Positions 48,949-58,500 of a stretch of DNA of 64,000 bases are shown here, one piece after another (position 1 is the first letter of the stretch; the number at the start of each line of letters is the position of its first letter). Source of the DNA: Thermodesulfobacteriota bacterium (lineage in GTDB: Bacteria; Desulfobacterota; Desulfobulbia; Desulfobulbales; SURF-16). The notes below the pieces were generated by a model. The model searched no databases. It saw only the letters and a list, made by a program, of their open reading frames with translations, and had not been told where the DNA came from. The translations under genes were made by a program, and so were the position numbers. The stretch spans positions 148-64,147 of the forward strand of contig JBDLJA010000011.1 in NCBI GenBank assembly GCA_039714595.1, read 5' to 3'.

Positions 48949-50373
48949 ATGAAGCCCCTCTTTAAGCCGCCTTATATGCCATTTCTCTCTGGACTGCTGC
49001 TGCTGCTGCTCCTGTTTCTCAGCGGTTGCAGCGTTCATCCCCCCATGGCCAAGCCCCCTGCCCATTTGCCAACCGCCTTTCAGACGGCTGGGGCGGATAT
49101 GGTCCTGCTGCCTGGCGAGCAGTGGTGGTTGAGTTTTGCTGACCCGCACCTTAACGCCATCATGGCGGACTGTTTTGCCGCCAACCTGGACATCGCCATG
49201 GCCTTTGCCCGGTTGGAGCAGGTGGCGGAACTGGAAAAGAGCCAGAATGCTACCCTGTGGCCGGAGGTTAGCGCTCTGGCCTCCGCCGGCCGCGGCAAGG
49301 CCCGCGGGCTGGAGGCGGATACCTACACTCTGTCAGTGGGGGCCTCCTATGAACTGGATCTGTGGCAGAAGCTCAAGTATCGCCGGCAGGCCGCGGCCTT
49401 CACCCGAGAGGCCCAGGCGGATGAGGTGCAGTTTCTTTTCCTGAGCCTGGCGGCCCAGGTGGCGGAGAGCTACTATCAATTGGTGGAGCTCCGGCAGTTG
49501 CTCCGTTTAAATGAGGAGCTGATCAACTCCTTTCAGGATACGGTGGAGCTGGTGGATATGCGCTACCGTCTCGGGGTGGTGGGGCTGGTGGATCTTTACC
49601 AGGCCCGCCAGAACCTCCTGGCCGCCAAGGCCGAATATCCCCTGCTTCAGGCCGAGGAGCGGCGGCTTATAAACCGCCTGGCCCTGCTGGTGGGCAAACC
49701 GGCGGCCGCAGTGGAGCTCGGCGAGCTGGCCCTTCTCCCGGACCTGCACCACTCCTTTGCCACCGGCCTGCCAGCTGACCTGCTGCTCAACCGGCCAGAC
49801 GTGGCCGCGGCCCTGGCCCGGCTGCAGGGGGCCGATCAAGAGATCGGCGCGGCAGTCGCCAGCCGTTTTCCCGCCCTGCAGCTCACCGCCAACTACGGGG
49901 GGCAGAACAGTGAGATCGCCGATATCCTGGTCGATCCCAATATCTTCTGGAACCTCCTGGTTAACATCAGCCAGCCCATTATTGACGGGGGACGGCGCAA
50001 GAGCGAGGTGCGCCGCCGGCAGGCTGTTTTTAACGAGCTTGCGGCCGGCTATCAGAAGAGCGTCCTCACCGCCTTAGCCGAGGTGGATGACGCCTTGAGT
50101 CTGGAGCGAGGGGTGGACGACTCCCTTGTCATCCTGGTCCAGCGGGAAGAGGTAACCCGGGCCACCTTGGAACTGGCCCTGCTCCGCTATGAGCAGGGCA
50201 TAACGGATTTTTTACCGGTCCTCACGGCCCAGACCAGCCAGGCCAGCGCCCGGATCTCTTTGATCAAGGGGCAGCGCCAGCGGATCAGCAGCCGTATCCA
50301 GCTGGCCCGGGCCCTGGGGGGCTCCTGGATGAGCGAAGAGCTGGATAAGGGTCTGACCCGGGTTGATAATTGA
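48949..50373 (+). CDS. RND efflux outer-membrane lipoprotein (NodT/TolC family)
   Basis: LSGC lipobox, WWLSFADP, SYELDLW, PADLLLNRPDV and RALGGSW. Confidence 0.95.
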   Translation: MKPLFKPPYMPFLSGLLLLLLLFLSGCSVHPPMAKPPAHLPTAFQTAGADMVLLPGEQWWLSFADPHLNAIMADCFAANLDIAMAFARLEQVAELEKSQNATLWPEVSALASAGRGKARGLEADTYTLSVGASYELDLWQKLKYRRQAAAFTREAQADEVQFLFLSLAAQVAESYYQLVELRQLLRLNEELINSFQDTVELVDMRYRLGVVGLVDLYQARQNLLAAKAEYPLLQAEERRLINRLALLVGKPAAAVELGELALLPDLHHSFATGLPADLLLNRPDVAAALARLQGADQEIGAAVASRFPALQLTANYGGQNSEIADILVDPNIFWNLLVNISQPIIDGGRRKSEVRRRQAVFNELAAGYQKSVLTALAEVDDALSLERGVDDSLVILVQREEVTRATLELALLRYEQGITDFLPVLTAQTSQASARISLIKGQRQRISSRIQLARALGGSWMSEELDKGLTRVDN

Positions 50374-50378
50374 TACCT

Positions 50379-51611
50379 ATGAGTGATGGCAAAGTGAAAA
50401 GCAAATTCAACATCCTGGTAACCTGTCTGGTTATTATCGGTCTGGCCGGGATAACGGCCCTTATTCTCATCAAGAGCCGGTCCCTGCCCCAGCGCCACGC
50501 CCGGCCCCAGACCGCGCCACTGGTGGAGACCATGGTCCTTACGGCCCGGGACCATCAGGTGACGCTGCTCAGCCACGGCACGGTCAAGGCCGCACAAAGC
50601 ATAACCCTTACTCCCCAGGTGAGTGGCCGGGTTACCTCCCTGGCCCCCGGGTTTGTCGTGGGCGCCTTTTTTGCTGAAGGGGAGCTGCTCTTTACCATTG
50701 AAAAAAGTGATTACCGTCTCCAGCTGGAACAGGCCAAGGCGGAACAGGCCAAGGCGGAGCTTGACCTGGAACTGATCAAAGGCCAGGCCAGCATTGCCCG
50801 GCGGGAATGGCAGCGCCAGGACCCAGCCCCTGACAGTGAACCGCTGCCCCTGGTGGTCTTTGAGCCGCAGCTCCGCAACGCCCAGGCCAAGGTGAAGGCG
50901 GCCGCCGCCGGGGTTAAGCTTGCCAGACTCAACCTGGCCCGCACCACGGTGAAGGCCCCCTTTGCCTGTTTTATCGCCAGCGAAAGCGTTGACGTGGGCC
51001 AATACGTCGGCAAGGGGGAGAAGCTGGGCCAGTTGCATGGCACCGACTGGGCGGTGATTAAGGTCTCTTTGGCCGTTAATGATCTTAAGTGGCTGGAGTT
51101 GCCGGAAAAAGAAGGTGACTGGGGCTCCGCGGCCCAGCTCACCCTGGGCTCGGCTCCTGCCGCCAGCCCTGGTTGGAGCGCCCGGTTGTACAAGTTGCTG
51201 GCTGAAATTGATCCGGCCAGCCGGATGGCCAAGATGCTCTTTGCCGTCCGCGACCCTTACCAACTGGCGGTGGAAGGGGAGGGCGGTGAACGTCTGGCGG
51301 TGGGCAGTTTTGTCAAGGTGGCGATTATGGGGAAGAGTCTGCCAGACGTGATGGCCATTCCCCGCTCCGCCATCCTGCCGGAGGGCGGCGTCTGGCTGGT
51401 TGCGAAAGAGAGCACCCTTGTAAAAAAGGAACTCACCGTTCTCTTTGCCGACCAGCAGCACGTTTATGTCCGCGGCCAGGTGGCCCCGGGGGACCGTTTG
51501 GTGACAAGCAGCCTGGTGGCGGCGGCCCCGGGCCAGCGGGTCCGCACCAGTAGTGGTGACCAGGAGCGCCCTTCCCGCGGTAAGGCGGGGCCGGGCGGTG
51601 ATGTGCCATGA
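50379..51611 (+). CDS. RND periplasmic adaptor (membrane fusion protein)
   Basis: N-terminal TM, PQVSGRV, RTTVKAPF and IPRSA. Confidence 0.93.
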   Translation: MSDGKVKSKFNILVTCLVIIGLAGITALILIKSRSLPQRHARPQTAPLVETMVLTARDHQVTLLSHGTVKAAQSITLTPQVSGRVTSLAPGFVVGAFFAEGELLFTIEKSDYRLQLEQAKAEQAKAELDLELIKGQASIARREWQRQDPAPDSEPLPLVVFEPQLRNAQAKVKAAAAGVKLARLNLARTTVKAPFACFIASESVDVGQYVGKGEKLGQLHGTDWAVIKVSLAVNDLKWLELPEKEGDWGSAAQLTLGSAPAASPGWSARLYKLLAEIDPASRMAKMLFAVRDPYQLAVEGEGGERLAVGSFVKVAIMGKSLPDVMAIPRSAILPEGGVWLVAKESTLVKKELTVLFADQQHVYVRGQVAPGDRLVTSSLVAAAPGQRVRTSSGDQERPSRGKAGPGGDVP

Positions 51612-54600
51612 AGGCTGCCATCGCCTGGATGAGTAACAACCATGTGGCCGCCAATCTCCTCATGTTCTTCTTTATCGTCGGCGGTCTCCTGGTGGGTATG
51701 CATATCACCCAGGAGGTGTTTCCCGATATCAACCTCGACGAGATTGAGGTGAGCGTGGTCTATCCCGGCGCCGGTCCGGAGGAGGTGGAAGAGGGGATTA
51801 TCCAGAAGATCGAGGAAAACCTAAGCGGCGTGGACGGCATTAAAGAGCTGCGCTCCCTGGCCATGGAGGGGATGGCCATGGTCACGGCCGAGATCAGGGG
51901 CGGCGGGGACGCGAATGAGATCCTCCAGGATATAAAAAATGAGGTGGATCGCATCCACACCTTTCCCCTGGAGGCGGAACGGCCTGTTATCCGTAAGCTG
52001 GTCCGGGTGCGGGAGGTGCTCTCGGTGGCCGTTTATGGCGAGCTTTCCCCCCGGGGACTGCGCGAGATGGCCGATGAGGTGCGCGATGATCTCCTGGCCC
52101 TGCCCGAGATCACCCAGGCCGAGCTGAGCGGGGTTCCGCCCTATGAGATCAGTATCGAGATAAGTGAACATAAGCTGCGCTCCTTTGATCTCACCCTGGA
52201 ACAGGTGGCCCGCCGGGTGCGCCAGGCCTCCCTTGATCTGCCGGCCGGCACCATCAAGGCCAAGCGCGGCGAGATCCTGATCCGGACCAAGGAGAGGCGG
52301 TATCTGGCCGGCGAGTATGGCGATATTGTCATCAAACAGCAGCCGGACGGCACGGAGCTGCGGTTGGCCGACCTTGGCCGGGTGATTGACGGCTTTGAGG
52401 ATACCGACGAGTTTGCCATCTTTGACGGCCAGCCGGCCGCCCTGATCCAGGTCTTCCGGGTGGGGGCTGAGACGCCCAAGGGTATATCCAAGGCGGTTTA
52501 CCGCTACATCGACAGCCAAGATGACCTGCCCCCCTCAGTGCAACTGGCCGTCTGGAAGGATCGCTCCGAGATGCTCTCCAGCCGGATGAATCTCCTGCTG
52601 AAAAATGGCTTTTTCGGCCTTATTCTGGTCTTGATAATCCTAAGTTTTTTCTTAGAGATCCGCCTGGCCCTCTGGGTGATGCTGGGCATTCCCATCTCTT
52701 TTTTAGGCACCTTTATCTTCATGCCGGCCTTGGGCGCCTCCATCAACATGATCTCCCTCTTCGCCTTTATCATGGCCTTAGGCATTGTGGTGGATGACGC
52801 CATTGTCGTGGGGGAAAATATCTACAGCCACCGCCGGGACGGCCGCGATTTTGCCGAGGCGGCGGTGGCCGGGGCCTGGGAGGTGGCCACACCGGTTACC
52901 TTTGCCATCCTCACCTCGGTGGCCGCCTTTATCCCTCTGCTCCTGGTGAGCGGGACCATGGGCAAGTTCATCGGCACCATTCCCAAGGTGGTCATCGTCA
53001 TCCTCGTCGCCTCTCTGGTGGAGTGCCTCTTCATCCTGCCGGCCCACCTCACCTTCAAGCCGCGCCGGGAAGAGGGGAACTGGCTGGTTAAGACCATTAA
53101 CAGCGGAACGGCCGGATTTAACCGCCACCTCAGGCACTTTATTGACGGCCCTTATAAACGCTTTCTCCGTCTCTGCCTTGCCAACCGGTATATCACCCTC
53201 AGCGCCGGAATCGCCGTTCTACTGCTGGCCGTGGGGATCATGGGGGGCGGTCTGGTCAAGTTCCGCTTCATGCCCAAGATCGAGAGCGATACCATCAAGG
53301 TGATGGTTGAGATGCCGGCCGGCACCACCTCAGAGAGAACCTTGGAGATTCAGAGGTTCATAGAGGAGAAGGCAGGTGAGACCATTCGCCATTTTGATCA
53401 GCGCCACCCGGGCGAGGGCTCCCTGCAGCGCCATCTCTACACCACCATCTCCAACGGCGGGGCCATGGCCATGCTCTCCCTGAACCTGATCCCCGGCGAG
53501 GAGCGGCAGATAACCTCCAACGCCATCACCAAACATTGGCGCCAGCTGGTGGGTGATATCCCCGGGGTTGAGTCCCTCACCTTTGCCAATAATATGGTCC
53601 ACCTGGGGGCCAACATCGATATCCGCCTCAGCCACGACGATTACCAGATCCTGGAGGAGGCGGCCGCCCGCATCATCCCGATCCTCCAGGAATACCCCGG
53701 GGTGGGCGACATTACCAACTCGCTGAAGCGGGGCAAGAGGGAGCTGAAGGTGCGGCTCCTGCCGGAGGGCCGTACCCTGGGACTCACCGAAGAGGAGCTG
53801 GGCCGCCAGCTGCGCGCCGCCTTTTACGGGGCCGAGGCGTTGCGTCTCCAGCGGGGCCGCCATGAGCTGCGAGTCATGGTGCGTTACCCGGATGAGGAGC
53901 GGCGCCATCTGTGGAATTTTGAGCAGATGCGGATCAAGACCACGGCGGGGGAGGCCATTCCCCTTTACCAGGCCTCGGCCGTGGAGGAGTCCCTGGGCTT
54001 TAATCAGATCAACCGCAGCGAGCGGCGGCGGGTGACAAACCTCACCGGCTCGGTGGACGCCAAGGTGGCCAACGCCGAGGAGATCCTCATGGCCCTCCAG
54101 CATGGCGTGTTGGCGGAGATGCAGGACGACTATCCCGGCCTGATTATCGATCTGGAGGGGGAGAGCAAGGAGCGCAAGGAGTCGCTTTCCAGCATGAGGC
54201 GGGGCTTAGGCTTTGCCCTCTTGGCCATCTACTGCCTCCTGGCCATTCCCCTGCGTAGCTACATCCAGCCCATGCTCATCATGATCGCCATCCCCTTCGG
54301 GGTGGTGGGAGCCATCCTGGGCCACATGATCTTAGGTTACAGCATCGCTATCATGTCCATGTTCGGCATCGTCGCCCTGGCCGGGGTGGTGGTCAACGAT
54401 TCCCTCCTCCTCATCGATTTTATCAACGGCCACCGGCGGGCGGGCCAGACGGTGGAGGATGCCGTGGTCCTGGCGGGCCAGCGCCGTTTCCGGCCCATCC
54501 TCCTCACCTCCCTCACCACCTTCTTCGGCCTGGGGCCGATAATCCTCGAGACCTCCACCCAGGCCCAGTTCCTCATTCCCATGGCCATATCGCTGGCCTT

Positions 54601-54712
54601 TGGCATCCTCTTTTCCACCATAATCGCCCTGATCTACCTGCCCTCCCTCTATCTGATCCTGGAGGATATAAAAGGGTTATTTATTAGGGACCAGAAGGGT
54701 GGGGATGCTTGA
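51608..54712 (+). CDS. RND efflux permease (AcrB/AcrD/AcrF family)
   Basis: YPGAGPEEVE, GIVVDDAIVVGENI, GVVVNDS and RFRPILLTSLTT. Confidence 0.96.
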   Translation: MKAAIAWMSNNHVAANLLMFFFIVGGLLVGMHITQEVFPDINLDEIEVSVVYPGAGPEEVEEGIIQKIEENLSGVDGIKELRSLAMEGMAMVTAEIRGGGDANEILQDIKNEVDRIHTFPLEAERPVIRKLVRVREVLSVAVYGELSPRGLREMADEVRDDLLALPEITQAELSGVPPYEISIEISEHKLRSFDLTLEQVARRVRQASLDLPAGTIKAKRGEILIRTKERRYLAGEYGDIVIKQQPDGTELRLADLGRVIDGFEDTDEFAIFDGQPAALIQVFRVGAETPKGISKAVYRYIDSQDDLPPSVQLAVWKDRSEMLSSRMNLLLKNGFFGLILVLIILSFFLEIRLALWVMLGIPISFLGTFIFMPALGASINMISLFAFIMALGIVVDDAIVVGENIYSHRRDGRDFAEAAVAGAWEVATPVTFAILTSVAAFIPLLLVSGTMGKFIGTIPKVVIVILVASLVECLFILPAHLTFKPRREEGNWLVKTINSGTAGFNRHLRHFIDGPYKRFLRLCLANRYITLSAGIAVLLLAVGIMGGGLVKFRFMPKIESDTIKVMVEMPAGTTSERTLEIQRFIEEKAGETIRHFDQRHPGEGSLQRHLYTTISNGGAMAMLSLNLIPGEERQITSNAITKHWRQLVGDIPGVESLTFANNMVHLGANIDIRLSHDDYQILEEAAARIIPILQEYPGVGDITNSLKRGKRELKVRLLPEGRTLGLTEEELGRQLRAAFYGAEALRLQRGRHELRVMVRYPDEERRHLWNFEQMRIKTTAGEAIPLYQASAVEESLGFNQINRSERRRVTNLTGSVDAKVANAEEILMALQHGVLAEMQDDYPGLIIDLEGESKERKESLSSMRRGLGFALLAIYCLLAIPLRSYIQPMLIMIAIPFGVVGAILGHMILGYSIAIMSMFGIVALAGVVVNDSLLLIDFINGHRRAGQTVEDAVVLAGQRRFRPILLTSLTTFFGLGPIILETSTQAQFLIPMAISLAFGILFSTIIALIYLPSLYLILEDIKGLFIRDQKGGDA

Positions 54713-54807
54713 CCTTTGTGATCAATAGGGCTATAAACTCTTTCAGCGACTTGCCCGGGGTTCGTCAGTAAATGAGACGTTTTCGGCGAGGCAGCAAAAG
54801 AAAGTGT

Positions 54808-54884
54808 CGGGATGTAGCGCAGCCTGGTAGCGCGCCTGCTTCGGGAGCAGGAAGTCGGAGGTTCAAATCCTCTCATCCCGACCA
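54808..54884 (+). tRNA. tRNA-Pro (anticodon CGG)
   Basis: CGGGATG/CATCCCG acceptor stem, anticodon arm CCTGC-TTCGGGA-GCAGG, GGTTCAAATCC T-arm and encoded CCA; 77 nt. Confidence 0.97.
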
Positions 54885-54891
54885 TTTATTT

Positions 54892-54927
54892 AAAGGGGTT
54901 ACGGTGTATGCCGTAACCCCTTTTTTT
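54892..54927 (+). terminator. Intrinsic terminator after tRNA-Pro
   Basis: AAAGGGGTTACGG-tgtatg-CCGTAACCCCTTTTTTT. Confidence 0.9.
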
Positions 54928-55553
54928 GTTGGGTTTTTCAAGTACGGGCAAATTACGCCCATGCGATGTCACCATTAATGTCCTTAAAGGCCATCAGCCA
55001 GCAAGATTGCTCGTCGGAGGATCAGACTATTGCTGGAGCGGTTTGTCTCTCCTTAACCCCGTAAATTTTTTGGCTTTTTTTTTCAATAAGTTTTCCCCGC
55101 CGCAGCAACCTCTGGACGTATTCATCAGATCATTTGCCGGTCCATAAGTCCCTTAATTGGCTTGACAATTTGTCAGGCAGCATTTAAATGGTAGGCCGAA
55201 AAGATAAGGTTGGCCTAAAAGGCAGTAGGTTAAGGGCCTAGGCCTACGTGGTTATCGCTGCCTTGGAGAAAAAAATGTTAGAAGGGCCGCGATGTATCTT
55301 TTGCTTAGACGAAAAAAATAAAGTGTAGAAGCATTCTCGGGGGCGAATTGCTTTTTTTTTTTAGCAGTAGAAGTGTAACCCAGCTCTTGGGCCAATAATC
55401 GCACGGGTGGGCAAGGGCACCAGAAAGAAGGGGGAGACGTTCCAAAGCTGTGCGGCAAGTTTAGAAAATTTAGTTTCAGTCTTTAAAAAAGTTTTCACAT
55501 CGCAAGTCTGATCTGTCGCAGAGCCTTGTCTCGTCCCCGCCAAGGACCCAAAA

Positions 55554-58500
55554 ATGGCGTATTGCAGGCGAAGTTTAAGTTTCGTTTTCCTAACCGTTGT
55601 TACCACCCTCCTTGCCTTTTCACCCCAGGCAAGTCTCGCGGACACGTCATATACCAAGCTCACCCCCACCTCCCTCAGCAAATATGCTGACGGTGCGCCG
55701 ACCGCCAGCACTGCCCAAGAGGCGGCAAACTTCCGCAACCTCTTTGACCGCAATACCGGCACCTCATTTTCCGGCCGCCAGACTCTCTGGCTGAAAACCT
55801 CCTTTGGCGCCAGCAAAACCGTCAGCCATCTCAAGCTGTACGGTGATACAAACTATAAATTCAATGTCTATAAGCCGGTGGCTAACAGCTGGGAGAAGGT
55901 CGCTTCCCTGTCTTTAGATGCCCGTGAGCTGCTCGACTCCTGGAATACCTTTGTCGCCAAAGAAGAGGTTCGCGTCAGCGAGCTTCTTTTTGAGTTCATT
56001 CCCCACCCAAACGTCAAGAAAGATTCGCTTTTGCCAGAGCTTGAGATCTGGAGCGCGCAAGAAAGCGCCTCAGCCGCAGGCGGCGTGCCGTCCCTGGCCG
56101 GCCATATCGATTCCCTTGAAGATTTTCAAAATGTTGCGGAAGGGGGCGCCACAAATTTTCAAGTAAAGCAAGGCTCCTCTCCGGCCCCGCAGTTGAGCAA
56201 CCCGGACGTCTCCACGGTCAACGTTAACCTGGCCTTAAATCCCCGCCAGATTAAACGGGCCTACCTGACCTATGAATCCCTAAAGGCCTCAGCCCCCATC
56301 GCCGTGGAAAAACGGCTCAACAACCTCTCCTGGATCGGTGGTTACGACCTGCCCCAGGCCAAGGAAGAGGTGGAGACGTGGCAAAAGATATTTGAGGAGA
56401 TAAACCCGGCCTGGCTGGTCCAGGGCAATAACCAGATAGAGTTTCGCTTCAGCGAGGGACAGGCGGTCAGGAACCTGCGCCTCGGCGTTGAAACGTATAA
56501 CGGCTGGAATTTTCCTGAAAACGTATCGGGCGATCCTGCCTATGACTTTAACGGCGCCACCTCTGTTCGCCTTGACCAGGCCGGGGCAGCTACCTCCCTG
56601 AATATATCCTTTGGCCGCAGCGTGGAGCCGGAATATCTCATCCTCCACCTGCAAAACTCCGCCCATGGCCGGGCAAGGTTGCAGTACCGGCAGGATGGCG
56701 CCTGGCGTGACGTCGCCCCTGACTGGTCCGTTAACCTGGGCGCATTGGCCTACGGCTGGAATAAAATCTCTCTGCCCGTCCCGGTGTCCACGCCAGAGAT
56801 GCGTCTGGTCTTGGACCCTGGTGCCGCTGGTTCCTTTGTCGCCATTGATGAGATTCGCGTCTGCGCCAGCCCCGTGGGCCAGCCGGCCCCGGAGCCGGAA
56901 CTGGTGGTGAGTTTCCCCTTAAACGGCGAATATTATGACGACACCGCCTATATCCAGGGCTTTGTCCGCCATCAAGACGCTCTCGTAAATGTTGACTCGC
57001 TGAGCGTTGAAGAGCACATTGTCGGCAATCTAAACGATGGTGGTACCTTTGAGATCGTCGTTCCCCGTAAGGAAACACGTTTCAGGGACCAGGCCGAGTC
57101 GGAGCCGTGGGATGCCTTGCTGGCGGCTGCGGTTGCAGATGCGCGGGTGGGCTACGTCGCTGAGGGCTCTTTGCAGAAGCTTGTCCACCTCTACAACCAC
57201 CTCAAGTCGCCAGCTGCTGATGCTAATGAAGATGGGATAGATGACGCGATTAACTCGGCCGATAAGGATATCGATGCAACGGGCCTTTTAAGCTTCATCA
57301 AAAAGATCTTCCGCCAGGCCGAGGCGGCCGATGGCGCTAATCCCGCAAGCCTAGGCCGGGAAAAACACTCGGAAAAGGTCTCCCCGGGCCAAGCAAAAAA
57401 AATTCGCTACCGGGACATCACCCTTGATATCCCGGCCGGCGCGGTGGACCAGGACACCGTAATTACCATCATCCCCCTGAACCCCGACGAGGTACCGCCT
57501 TTAGACGCGGGTATGGTCAACGTCACCTTCCCGGCCGCCGGCTACCGCTTCCTGCCCCATGGCATCAAGTTTAAAAAACCGATCAAGATCTCCTTTGCCT
57601 ACTCAGCCGCCTATATGCTGGCCGAGCAAAAGGCCGACGACGTGGGTATGTTCTACTTTCACGAACAGGCCCGCAAATGGCTGCCGCTCAAGAAGGTAAG
57701 GGTGGATGCGGCCGCCTCCTTGGTTACCTCAGAGACCGACCACTTCACCGATATCATCAACTCCACCCTGGTGGTGCCGGAGCATCCCCAGGCCCTGACC
57801 TATAACCCCAACACCATCAAGGATATCAAGGTTGCCGACCCTGGGGCCGGTATCAACCTGATCGAGGCGCCGGAGGCCAACAACAAGGGCGACGCCCAGC
57901 TGCAATACCCCCTGGAGCTGCCGCCGGGCCGGAACGGCATGACCCCGGAGCTGGCCGTAACCTATAACTCGGCCGGCGGTAACGGCTGGCTTGGGTTGGG
58001 CTGGGATCTTTCCTACCAGGCCATCGCCATCGACACCCGCTGGGGCGTGCCGCGCTACTCCAAGACCAAGGAAACCGAGACCTACAGCCTGAACGGCTCC
58101 ATGCTGACGCCGGTGGCCCATCGGGGCCAGTGGCAGGACAGAGTTGCCGACAGGGATGATTTTCACACCAGGATTGAAGGCGAGTTCCAGAAAATCGTCC
58201 GCCACGGCAACTCGCCCGGCAACTACTGGTGGGAGGTGATCAAGAAGAACGGGGTGCGCTATTTCTACGGCGGCGAGCCGGGCAAAGGCCGGGTGGATCA
58301 GGCAGTGCTTGCAGACGGGCCAGAAAGAAATATCTTCAAGTGGTGCCTCCATAAGGTCATGGACCCCAACGGCAACACCATTGAATATTTTTATGACGGC
58401 TCCGGCCTACCTGCTGAAGGAACTGCCATATCCGGCCGCCAGCGCTACCTGAAAGAGGTAAAATACAGCGGTAACGGCGGCTTTGCCGCGCCCTACTCGG

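Noticed and set aside
54928-55553. Integrase remnant or att site after tRNA-Pro; TAGGCC/GGCCTA repeats near 55190-55250
   Set aside because: No integrase motifs or duplicated tRNA end were seen, and the short repeats are too weak to call.
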